A stretch of 23,872 bases of DNA from an uncultured virus (IMG/VR IMGVR_UViG_2622736406_000002) (taxonomy: Duplodnaviria > Heunggongvirae > Uroviricota > Caudoviricetes), in the IMG/VR virus record IMGVR_UViG_2622736406_000002; one strand, given 5' to 3'. Below the pieces are notes generated by a model, which worked only from the letters and a program-made list of their open reading frames with translations, was not told the DNA's origin and ran no database searches. Below, piece by piece: positions 1 to 8,130 of the stretch. Position numbers and translations under genes: made by a program. Position 1 is the stretch's first letter. Each line of letters starts with the position of its first letter.

Positions 1-2
1 AC

Positions 3-488
3 GATGACAGCGGTGAGACCATTCGTATCCACGACCGCAAGCTGGACGCTTTGGAGGATATCATCGAAGCCGCCAACGGCAAACCGCTTCTGGTGGCTTA
101 CTGGTTCAAGCATGACTTGGGCCGTATTTCGGAAAGGCTGCGAAAGCTGCATATCCCGTTCTCCCGGCTGGATGACGCCGCCAGTATCCGCAGATGGAAC
201 AATGGCGAGTTACCGGTGGTGCTGATCCATCCCGCTTCCGCCGGGCATGGGCTGAATCTCCAGAGCGGCGGTTCGGCCATCGTGTGGTTCGGACTGACCT
301 GGAGCCTGGAGCTTTATCAGCAGACCATAGCGCGGCTCTGGCGGCAGGGGCAGACTTCTGAAACAGTGGTGGTACAGCACATCGTCACAAAGAGCACCAT
401 TGACGAACGCATCATGAAAGCCCTCTCCAAAAAGGAGCATACCCAGACGGCCCTGATCGACGCCGTGAAAGCGGACTTGAAAATCTGA
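3..488 (+). CDS. SNF2-family helicase, C-terminal part (5' end outside window)
   Basis: Frame is open from position 3 (DDSGETIRIHDRKLDALEDII...). Helicase motifs SAGHGLNLQ and YQQTIARLWRQGQ are present. Confidence 0.9.
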   Translation, partial: DDSGETIRIHDRKLDALEDIIEAANGKPLLVAYWFKHDLGRISERLRKLHIPFSRLDDAASIRRWNNGELPVVLIHPASAGHGLNLQSGGSAIVWFGLTWSLELYQQTIARLWRQGQTSETVVVQHIVTKSTIDERIMKALSKKEHTQTALIDAVKADLKI

Positions 489-527
489 GACAATCTAAGA
501 AAACCCGTGCCAATCCGAGGATCAAAA

Positions 528-824
528 NNNNNNNNNNNNNNNNNNNNNNNNNNNNNNNNNNNNNNNNNNNNNNNNNNNNNNNNNNNNNNNNNNNNNNNNN
601 NNNNNNNNNNNNNNNNNNNNNNNNNNNNNNNNNNNNNNNNNNNNNNNNNNNNNNNNNNNNNNNNNNNNNNNNNNNNNNNNNNNNNNNNNNNNNNNNNNNN
701 NNNNNNNNNNNNNNNNNNNNNNNNNNNNNNNNNNNNNNNNNNNNNNNNNNNNNNNNNNNNNNNNNNNNNNNNNNNNNNNNNNNNNNNNNNNNNNNNNNNN
801 NNNNNNNNNNNNNNNNNNNNNNNN
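528..824. other. Assembly gap (Ns)
   Basis: Run of N. ORFs spanning it are artefacts. Confidence 1.
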
Positions 825-826
825 TC

Positions 827-910
827 AAGGAAAACTGCAGCACGGATTACGGGGAGGTTTCTCCCCAGGATGATTTGATGGAGCGTCTGCTGCGGGCGCG
901 GAAAGGATAA
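827..910 (+). CDS. Terminase small subunit (P27-like), C-terminal fragment; not in ORF track
   Basis: Manual translation gives KENCSTDYGEVSPQDDLMERLLRARKG*, with TAA at 908-910 just before the next ATG at 915. This resembles C-termini I recall for small terminases of Firmicutes prophages. Confidence 0.7.
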   Translation, partial: KENCSTDYGEVSPQDDLMERLLRARKG

Positions 911-914
911 GGAT

Positions 915-1700
915 ATGTTTGAAAAGGTAAATCCGAGCCATCCGGATAAGATGGCGGACCGCATCGCCGGTGCTATGGTGGATGCGGCATACAGAAAAGA
1001 AAATAATCCGAGGATTGCTGTGGAGGTTCTGCTCGGTCACGGCGTCTGCCACATCATTGCAGAGACTTCGGTATACATCCCGCAGGATGAGGTAGAGTCA
1101 ATTGTGCATCGCATTGCCGGCAGGCTGCGTACAGATTATGTGGAAGTGCCGCAGGACAGACACCTTGCCGATAATCAGGAAGGAAAAATCCGCTGCGGAG
1201 ACAACGGCATATTCAAAGGAATGCCGGTAAACAGGGAACAGAAAGCACTCTGCGAGATCGCCAGATGTGTGTATCACACTTATCCCTATGATGGGAAGTA
1301 CATTTTGGATGGGGCAAGGCTGATTCTCTGCCAGAGCAATGCCAGAAGCCAGCACCTCAAGGAGTTGTATCCTCACGCGGAGATCAATCCGCTGGGAGAC
1401 TGGACTGGTGGCACGGACGTGGACTCCGGTGCGACTAATCGGAAGCTGGGCAGCGACATGGCAGATTCTGTCACAGGCGGCGGTCTGCATGGGAAAGACC
1501 TCTCCAAAGCGGATGTGTCGGTCAACATCTATGCATGGCTGAAGGCACAGGAGACGGGAAAGCCGGTGCAGCTTGTCTGCGCTATCGGAGATGAAACGGT
1601 AGACGGGATTACCTACGCTGAGATCGTGGAGACGGCAAGGAAATACATCCAGAGCCTTGGCGGCTTTGAGAAATTTGCGGAATGGGGACTGGTGCGATGA
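915..1700 (+). CDS. metK: Compact S-adenosylmethionine synthetase (MetK-like, 261 aa)
   Basis: MAT-like motifs in the expected order: HPDK, CGDNG (cf. AGDQG), DGK, GGTDVDSGATNRK (cf. GGPxGDxGLTGRK), GGGLHGKDLSKAD (cf. GGGAFSGKDPSKVD). Confidence 0.85.
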   Translation: MFEKVNPSHPDKMADRIAGAMVDAAYRKENNPRIAVEVLLGHGVCHIIAETSVYIPQDEVESIVHRIAGRLRTDYVEVPQDRHLADNQEGKIRCGDNGIFKGMPVNREQKALCEIARCVYHTYPYDGKYILDGARLILCQSNARSQHLKELYPHAEINPLGDWTGGTDVDSGATNRKLGSDMADSVTGGGLHGKDLSKADVSVNIYAWLKAQETGKPVQLVCAIGDETVDGITYAEIVETARKYIQSLGGFEKFAEWGLVR

Positions 1701-2932
1701 AGACGACAACGGAAATGCAGCTGGTGCCGATTGCCAAGCTGGTACCTTATGTGAATAATGCCAGGACACATTCTCCAGAGCAGATTAAAAAGCTCCGTTC
1801 CTCTCTGCGGGAGTTTGGCTTTATCAATCCGGTCATTATCGATCGGGAGTATGGTGTGATTGCCGGTCACGGACGTATCCTTGCTGCCAAGGAGGAAGGC
1901 ATTAGGGAGGTGCCCTGTGTCTTTGCCGACCACCTCACCGAGGCTCAGAAGAAAGCTTACATCATCGCTGACAACCGCATGGCGATGGATGCCGGATGGG
2001 ATGAAGAGCTTCTGCGAGTGGAAATTGAAGCACTGCAGGGCATGGACTTTGATCCTCTGCTCACCGGCTTTGATGAGAAGGAACTGGCGGCGCTGTTTGA
2101 TGACGGCGCCGAGGCAAAGGATGATGAGTTTGATGTAGACGAAGAACTGGAGAAGCCGGTCTTTTCTAAAACCGGTGATGTGTGGACACTGGGACGCCAC
2201 CGTCTGGTGTGCGGTGATTCCACGAAAGCGGAAACCTACGAAGTTCTCATGCAGGGAAAGAAAGCAAACCTGGTAGTGACGGACCCGCCGTACAACGTGA
2301 ACTATGAAGGTACAGCTGGCAAGATCAAAAATGACAACATGGCCGCTGAGAAGTTCTATCAATTCCTGCTGGATGCCTTTACCAACATGGAAAAAGTCAT
2401 GGCGGAGGACGCCTCCATCTACGTCTTCCACGCAGATACAGAAGGCTTGAATTTTCGCAGGGCATTCACGGATGCGGGCTTCTATCTCTCCGGCTGCTGT
2501 ATCTGGAAGAAGCCCAGCCTGGTGTTGGGACGCTCTCCCTACCAGTGGCAGCATGAGCCGGTGCTCTATGGCTGGAAGAAAAACGGGAAGCACCAGTGGT
2601 ACTCCGACCGGAAGCAGACCACCATCTGGGAGTTTGAAAAGCCCAGGAAGAATGCGGATCATCCCACCATGAAGCCTATTCCGCTGCTGGCCTATCCCAT
2701 CACCAACTCTTCTATGAGCAACACTCTCATTCTGGATCCCTTTGGCGGCAGCGGTTCCACGCTGATCGCCTGTGAACAGACAGACCGCAGCTGCTGCACC
2801 ATCGAGCTGGATGAGAAATACTGCGATGTGATCATAAAAAGGTATGTGGAACTGAAAGGCTCCGCTGAGGACGTATCTGTGGAGCGGGACGGAAAAACTC
2901 TCCGCTACGCAGATGTAGTGCCGGAGGAATAA
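1697..2932 (+). CDS. DNA N4/N6 methyltransferase (beta class) with N-terminal ParB-like domain
   Basis: ATGA overlap with the metK stop. ParB-like PYVNNARTH...IAGHGR. Catalytic DPPY precedes SAM-binding DPFGGSGST; HPTMKP is also present. Confidence 0.93.
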   Translation: MKTTTEMQLVPIAKLVPYVNNARTHSPEQIKKLRSSLREFGFINPVIIDREYGVIAGHGRILAAKEEGIREVPCVFADHLTEAQKKAYIIADNRMAMDAGWDEELLRVEIEALQGMDFDPLLTGFDEKELAALFDDGAEAKDDEFDVDEELEKPVFSKTGDVWTLGRHRLVCGDSTKAETYEVLMQGKKANLVVTDPPYNVNYEGTAGKIKNDNMAAEKFYQFLLDAFTNMEKVMAEDASIYVFHADTEGLNFRRAFTDAGFYLSGCCIWKKPSLVLGRSPYQWQHEPVLYGWKKNGKHQWYSDRKQTTIWEFEKPRKNADHPTMKPIPLLAYPITNSSMSNTLILDPFGGSGSTLIACEQTDRSCCTIELDEKYCDVIIKRYVELKGSAEDVSVERDGKTLRYADVVPEE

Positions 2933-2958
2933 GAGTCAGCCGCACCGGATTGTCTACT

Positions 2959-3072
2959 CTGCACAGTTATCATGGGAGTAAAACGGCATGGATTCTACAG
3001 CGAAATGTGCGGATACTGCTTGCTATTATCGGCAAAAAGAGTGATGAATGTACTACCAAAAACCGAAGGAGG
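2959..3072 (+). promoter_or_regulatory. Repeated accessory-gene upstream element, copy A
   Basis: ctgcacag 2959-2966 ... ttctacag 2993-3000 (degenerate IR), TTGCTA 3020-3025, N12, AGAGTGAT 3038-3045, ACTACC 3052-3057, then SD aggagg. Confidence 0.7.
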
Positions 3073-3079
3073 AACGCAC

Positions 3080-3958
3080 ATGGAAATCAGCTACAATGTG
3101 ACAGGCGCAAAGCGCAAGGAACTGGTCAATGTCATCTCGAAGGCAACAGGGATGAAGGCGGTTTACAAGTTTATGCCCACCTGCAACTTCGAGATTGGCA
3201 GCTTCACCGTCAACAAGGAAGGGACGCTCCTGATCGATGCCCATGCAGACAACGAGGAAGTAGCACGGGTGCTGGAGGCCATTGCGGCAGCAAGCTTTGA
3301 GGGTGAGACACAGGATACCCAGGAATCTCCTGCTGAGGATGCTTCTGCAGAGGAAGTTCTCGCTGAGGAAGAATCCCTTCCCTCTCAGGAAGATGCCACT
3401 GAGGCCGCAGAGCTTATGGAGACAGATACCACAGAAGAGACTGACAACAATAAGGCGGAGGCAGCAGACAGTATGGAAGAGGCAGAGACCACAGAGGCCG
3501 AGGAATCTTCGACTCCTGAAGCAGCGAGTGAGCGCACTGGCCTCACGGTGGAGATCCCGCTGGACAAGGTGGATGTGGGAAACCTTACCAAGCTTCTGGA
3601 TGCCAAGGGAGGCCTCATCAAGAAAGCCCTGGGAATCAGCGAGCTGCCCATTGAGGTTCTGGAGGAAAAGGCAGCATTCCCGTGGTTTGGGGAACTGCCG
3701 GATAACGATGCGGTTCAGGCATACACCCACTTCATTTCCGCACTCTGCCAGATGAGCAAAAACGCCAAGCGGGTGACGGTTACGGAGAAGGCGGTGGATA
3801 ACGAGAAGTACGCATTCCGCTGCTTCCTTCTGCGGCTGGGCTTTATCGGCGCAGAATACAAGACAGAGCGGAAAATCCTGCTGAAGAACCTGACCGGCTC
3901 CTCGGCATTCAGAAACGGAGGGAAAAAGCATGAGGCTTCCGAGCAAGGCGATCATTGA
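3080..3958 (+). CDS. Conserved phage hypothetical protein (often labelled 'virulence-related') with a long acidic central linker
   Basis: Strong SD aggagg before ATG 3080. C-terminal NEKYAFRCFLLRLGFIG...LLKNLTGSSAF resembles a common prophage family. The E/D/T/A/S-rich stretch is about 3296-3535. Confidence 0.75.
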   Translation: MEISYNVTGAKRKELVNVISKATGMKAVYKFMPTCNFEIGSFTVNKEGTLLIDAHADNEEVARVLEAIAAASFEGETQDTQESPAEDASAEEVLAEEESLPSQEDATEAAELMETDTTEETDNNKAEAADSMEEAETTEAEESSTPEAASERTGLTVEIPLDKVDVGNLTKLLDAKGGLIKKALGISELPIEVLEEKAAFPWFGELPDNDAVQAYTHFISALCQMSKNAKRVTVTEKAVDNEKYAFRCFLLRLGFIGAEYKTERKILLKNLTGSSAFRNGGKKHEASEQGDH

Positions 3959-4154
3959 GCAGCTGCGCCAGCAGTTCCCGACAGGCACACGGGTGGAGCT
4001 GGTCCGGATGGAGGATGCCCAGGCTCCTCCAGTGGGGACACAGAGAACTGTCCTTGGTGTGGATGATACGGGCAGCCTGATCATGCGCTGGGACAACGGC
4101 AGCGGATTAAACGTGGTGTATGGGGAGGATGTGGTGAGAAAAATCTCCGAATGA
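3930..4154 (+). CDS. DUF4314-like small protein
   Basis: SD ggaggg before the ATG. Sequence FPTGTRVELVRMEDAQAPPVGT..TVLGVDDTGSLIMRWDNGSGL matches the DUF4314 pattern as I recall it. Confidence 0.8.
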   Translation: MRLPSKAIIEQLRQQFPTGTRVELVRMEDAQAPPVGTQRTVLGVDDTGSLIMRWDNGSGLNVVYGEDVVRKISE

Positions 4155-4189
4155 GGTGCTTCCTGCCGGGAATGTACTTCGCCATAAGA

Positions 4190-4315
4190 TACACAAGAAA
4201 CTGCCTGCTCCTGCCGCTCATCTTTGTGTACATTATGACTGCGAATTGACTTGATAAATATGTGCTTCAGAGTGATATATAGACTACCGAAAGGGAAAAG
4301 AAAAACACAAGGAGG
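4190..4315 (+). promoter_or_regulatory. Repeated accessory-gene upstream element, copy B
   Basis: IR tacacaa 4190-4196 / ttgtgta 4224-4230, TTGATA 4251-4256, N12, AGAGTGAT 4269-4276, ACTACC 4283-4288, SD aaggagg. Confidence 0.75.
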
Positions 4316-4323
4316 CACACACC

Positions 4324-4686
4324 ATGAAGAGAATCGAACTTTTTGAAAGAGCCATTGCAGAGAAGGCAAGAAACCTTAAGGATTATGGGATCAACAGCAC
4401 CATGTTCTGGGCATACAGAAAGAGCATGGAGGCAGGAAACGACAGCATTGATTTTGGCGAGGTTATCTGGGATGAGGACATTGAAGCCATTACAGAGTGC
4501 ATGAAGGAAAACGGAATCACAGAGTTTACTATAAGCAGCACATTTTCCAGCCTGATTCCTACCCTCGCAGCCTTTGAGAAACATGGATTTGCGATGGACG
4601 GACTTACGGAAGTAAATGCGACATACACAGACTGGCAGACCGGGCAAAGGGCACGGATTCCGGCCATCCGCATGAGACAGAAGTAA
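4324..4686 (+). CDS. Hypothetical accessory protein (120 aa)
   Basis: Strong SD aaggagg, own promoter-like element upstream, hairpins downstream. No function recognised. Confidence 0.8.
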   Translation: MKRIELFERAIAEKARNLKDYGINSTMFWAYRKSMEAGNDSIDFGEVIWDEDIEAITECMKENGITEFTISSTFSSLIPTLAAFEKHGFAMDGLTEVNATYTDWQTGQRARIPAIRMRQK

Positions 4687-4744
4687 AGAAACAACAGCAG
4701 GGACTGAGCCGCACGGCTCTTTCTCTCGTACAGGTAGATTTTGA

Positions 4745-4770
4745 AAGTCGCAGCGATGCGGCTTATTTTT
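4745..4770 (+). terminator. Putative intrinsic terminator
   Basis: aagtcgca-gcga-tgcggctt followed by attttt. A smaller hairpin gagcc-gcac-ggctc lies at 4706-4719. Confidence 0.6.
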
Positions 4771-4784
4771 GTGGAGGTGAGACC

Positions 4785-5863
4785 TTGCGAAAGCTGAAGA
4801 AATACAAGCCTACCAGATTCATGGCGAAGACCTCGCACTACGATAAGGATGCTGCTGATTTCGCAGTGATGTTTATCGAGTCTCTCAGCCATACCAAAGG
4901 CACCTGGGCAGGCAAGCCCTTTGAACTGATCGACTGGCAGGAGCAGATCATCCGGGACCTGTTCGGAGTCTTAAAACCCAACGGCTACCGGCAGTTCAAT
5001 ACTGCCTACATCGAAATACCGAAGAAACANNNNNNNNNNNNNNNNNNNNNNNNNNNNNNNNNNNNNNNNNNNNNNNNNNNNNNNNNNNNNNNNNNNNNNN
5101 NNNNNNNNNNNNNNNNNNNNNNNNNNNNNNNNNNNNNNNNNNNNNNNNNNNNNNNNNNNNNNNNNNNNNNNNNNNNNNNNNNNNNNNNNNNNNNNNNNNN
5201 NNNNNNNNNNNNNNNNNNNNNNNNNNNNNNNNNNNNNNNNNNNNNNNNNNNNNNNNNNNNNNNNNNNNNNNNNNNNNNNNNNNNNNNNNNNNNNNNNNNN
5301 NNNNNNNNNNNNNNNNNNNNNNNNNNNNNNNNNNNNNNNNNNNNNNNNNNNNNNNNNNNNNNNNNNNNNNNNNNNNNNNNNNNNNNNNNNNNNNNNNNNN
5401 NNNNNNNNNNNNNNNNNNNNNNNNNNNNNNNNNNNNNNNNNNNNNNNNNNNNNNNNNNNNNNNNNNNNNNNNNNNNNNNNNNNNNNNNNNNNNNNNNNNN
5501 NNNNNNNNNNNNNNNNNNNNNNNNNNNNNNNNNNNNNNNNNNNNNNNNNNNNNNNNNNNNNNNNNNNNNNNNNNNNNNNNNNNNNNNNNNNNNNNNNNNN
5601 NNNNNNNNNNNNNNNNNNNNNNNNNNNNNNNNNNNNNNNNNNAGCAGCGTATTGCTCACGGCGGCCATCCGGTGCTGCGGTGGATGATGGACAACATCCT
5701 CATCCGCACAGACCCGGCAGGAAATATCAAGGCAGACAAAGAGAAATCAACAGAAAAGATTGACGGTGCCATAGCGACCATCATGGCTCTTGACAGGGCC
5801 ATCCGCTGCGGCAACGACACCAGTGCTTCGGTTTATGACAGCCGGGGCATTTTATTCATATAA
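4785..5863 (+). CDS. terL: Terminase large subunit (middle lost in gap)
   Basis: SD ggaggtg plus TTG start. N-terminal HTKGTWAGKPFELIDWQ...YIEIPKK runs into the Walker A region. After the gap, QRIAHGGHPVLRW...KIDGAIA marks the nuclease C-terminus. Confidence 0.92.
5030..5642. other. Assembly gap (Ns) inside terL
   Basis: Run of N; the frames on the two sides are not congruent, so the gap length is only an estimate. Confidence 1.
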
Positions 5864-5878
5864 TTTTTGAAAAGGGTA

Positions 5879-5909
5879 TTGACTCTGACGCTGTGTAATA
5901 GTTTATGCT
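5879..5909 (+). promoter_or_regulatory. MerR-type promoter/operator with 19-bp spacer
   Basis: -35 TTGACT 5879-5884, 19-nt spacer ctgacgctgtgtaatagtt, -10 TATGCT 5904-5909, directly upstream of a MerR gene. Long spacers are the established MerR hallmark. Confidence 0.8.
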
Positions 5910-5939
5910 ATGGTTACCACAGGAAAAGAGGTGATCAGA

Positions 5940-6686
5940 ATGATGACGGTACATGAGGTCAGCCAAATATCCGGAGTAAGTATCCGCGCTCTTCATCATT
6001 ACGACAAGATAGGACTTTTACCGGCCACAAAAGTCACAGACGCCGGATACCGCATGTATGACGATACGGCATTGGAGCGGCTGCAGCAGATACTGTTTCT
6101 TAAGGAACTGCAATTTTCTCTGAAAGATATCAAGGCAATCCTGGACAGCCCTGATTTCGACAGAAACAAAGCTCTGGAACAGCAGATTCACTTGCTGGAG
6201 CTTCGCAGGGAGCATCTGGACAATCTGATTGATCTTGCACGTGGAATTAAGATGATTGGAGTGAAGCATGTGAGAAAAATGAGTTTTGAAGCATTTGATA
6301 CAAGAAAGCTCGATGAATATGCCAGGCAGGCTAAAGCATCCTGGGGATCAACAGATGCCTATAAAGAGTATGAAAAGAAGTCTGCCGGGCAGAGCAAGGA
6401 AGAACAGTATTATCTCAATTCCAAGATGATGGAAATCTTTCTGGAGTTTGGCAAAATAAAAGATCAAAGTCCGGAAAGCAATGCTGCGGTAGAATTGGCT
6501 AAGAGGCTGCAGGATTTTATCACAGAGCATTTTTATACGTGTACAGATAAGATATTGCTGGGCCTTGGCGCAATGTATAGCGGCGGCGGGGATATAACAG
6601 CCAATATTGATAAAGCAGGAGGGCCTGGAACGGCGGTGTTTGCGGATAAGGCGATTCAGGCTTACTGTAAAAAAGAAGTAATGTAG
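5940..6686 (+). CDS. MerR-family regulator with TipAS-like ligand-binding domain (Mta/TipA-like)
   Basis: SD gaggtg. HTH MTVHEVSQISGVSIRALHHYDKIGLL...GYRMY. The C-terminal FYTCT...LGLGAMY...NIDK..GPGTAVF...AI pattern is TipAS-like. Confidence 0.88.
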   Translation: MMTVHEVSQISGVSIRALHHYDKIGLLPATKVTDAGYRMYDDTALERLQQILFLKELQFSLKDIKAILDSPDFDRNKALEQQIHLLELRREHLDNLIDLARGIKMIGVKHVRKMSFEAFDTRKLDEYARQAKASWGSTDAYKEYEKKSAGQSKEEQYYLNSKMMEIFLEFGKIKDQSPESNAAVELAKRLQDFITEHFYTCTDKILLGLGAMYSGGGDITANIDKAGGPGTAVFADKAIQAYCKKEVM

Positions 6687-6698
6687 GAATAACAGGGG

Positions 6699-6730
6699 AA
6701 GGCATCTATCGAAAGGTAGGTGCTTTTCTT
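6699..6730 (+). terminator. Putative intrinsic terminator after the MerR gene
   Basis: aaggcatctatc-gaaa-ggtaggtgcttt, followed by a T-rich tail. Confidence 0.7.
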
Positions 6731-6762
6731 ATGTGTGTTTTTTTGAAAGGACGGTGACTTAT

Positions 6763-8130
6763 ATGGGTATCTTATCAGGGCTTTTCCGTTCCAGAGACAA
6801 GCCGGAAAACCGCACCTCCGGGAGTGCGTTCAGCTTCTTCTTTGGCGGAAGCACCTCCGGAAAGTGTGTCAATGAACGCTCCGCCATGCAGATGACGGCG
6901 GTGTATTCCTGCGTGCGGATTCTGGCGGAGGCAGTCGCAGGTCTTCCCCTGCATCTGTACCGCTATAAGGAGGACGGCAGCAAGGAAAAGGCTCTCACGC
7001 ATCCACTGTATCTTCTGCTCCACGATGAGCCAAATCCGGAGATGAGTTCCTTTGTATTTCGGGAGACACTGATGACCCATCTTCTCCTGTGGGGAAATGC
7101 CTATGCTCAGATTATTCGAAACGGCAGGGGCGAGGTGATCGCGCTCTACCCTCTGATGCCGGACCGGATGGCGGTGGACAGAGAGGTGAACGGGCAGCTT
7201 TACTACGAATACACCACCAGCGCAGATGATGCGCCTACGGTAAAGGGAAGCATTGTCCGGCTGAAGCCTTCGGAGGTGCTGCACATCCCAGGGCTCGGCT
7301 TTGACGGCTTGGTGGGCTACTCTCCCATAGCGATGGCAAAGAACGCTATCGGTCTTGCCATTGCTACAGAAGAATACGGCTCCAAGTTCTTTGCCAACGG
7401 CGCACAGCCAAGTGGTGTGCTGGAGCATCCGGGAACCATTAAGGATCCTCAGAGGGTACGGGATTCCTGGATGAGTCAGTTTGGCGGCTCTGCAAACAGC
7501 AACAAGATCGCTGTGCTGGAGGAGGGGCTTAAATACACGCCCATCGCCATCTCACCGGAGCAGGCGCAGTTTCTGGAGACAAGGAAGTTCCAGATCAATG
7601 AGATTGCACGTATTTTCCGTGTGCCTCCCCATATGGTGGGCGATCTGGAAAAAAGCAGCTTTTCCAACATCGAGCAGCAGTCGCTGGAGTTTGTGAAATA
7701 CACGCTGGAGCCCTGGCTGGTGCGCTGGGAGCAGTCCATTCAGCGAACACTCTTTTCCACTGAGGAGAAGAAAACGTACTTTGTCCGCTTTAACGTGGAG
7801 GGGCTTCTCCGTGGAGACTACGCCAGCCGCATGAATGGCTATGCTGTTGGACGGCAGAATGGCTGGATGAGTGCCAATGATATCCGGGAACTGGAAAACC
7901 TGGACCGTATTCCTGCAGAAGAAGGCGGGGATTTATACCTTATTAATGGCAACATGCTCCCATTAAAAGACGCAGGAGCTTTTGCAGATACACAAGCGAA
8001 CGATGACGGAAAGGAGGAAAAACCCGATGAAGAAGTTCTGGAAGTGGAAGAATCAGGCAGCAACGGAGACGGCTCCGGCGGAGAGGACGCTGTTCTTAAA
8101 CGGCACCATCGCCGAGGAGAGCTGGTTTGA
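6763..8130 (+). CDS. Portal protein, HK97 family
   Basis: AVYSCVRILAEAVAGLP, LLLWGNAYA, GLVGYSPI, QFLETRKFQINEIARIFRVPP, SFSNIEQQ motifs. Confidence 0.96.
   Translation: MGILSGLFRSRDKPENRTSGSAFSFFFGGSTSGKCVNERSAMQMTAVYSCVRILAEAVAGLPLHLYRYKEDGSKEKALTHPLYLLLHDEPNPEMSSFVFRETLMTHLLLWGNAYAQIIRNGRGEVIALYPLMPDRMAVDREVNGQLYYEYTTSADDAPTVKGSIVRLKPSEVLHIPGLGFDGLVGYSPIAMAKNAIGLAIATEEYGSKFFANGAQPSGVLEHPGTIKDPQRVRDSWMSQFGGSANSNKIAVLEEGLKYTPIAISPEQAQFLETRKFQINEIARIFRVPPHMVGDLEKSSFSNIEQQSLEFVKYTLEPWLVRWEQSIQRTLFSTEEKKTYFVRFNVEGLLRGDYASRMNGYAVGRQNGWMSANDIRELENLDRIPAEEGGDLYLINGNMLPLKDAGAFADTQANDDGKEEKPDEEVLEVEESGSNGDGSGGEDAVLKRHHRRGELV

Noticed and set aside
317..964. ORFs spanning the first N-gap (and X-filled ORFs at other gaps)
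   Set aside because: They are open only because Ns contain no stops.
3080..3958. True virulence factor
   Set aside because: The label is a propagated annotation; nothing in the sequence supports a virulence function.
1098..4369. Long minus-strand ORFs (1098-1769, 1613-2662, 3053-4369)
   Set aside because: Antisense shadows of well-supported plus-strand genes, with no recognisable motifs.
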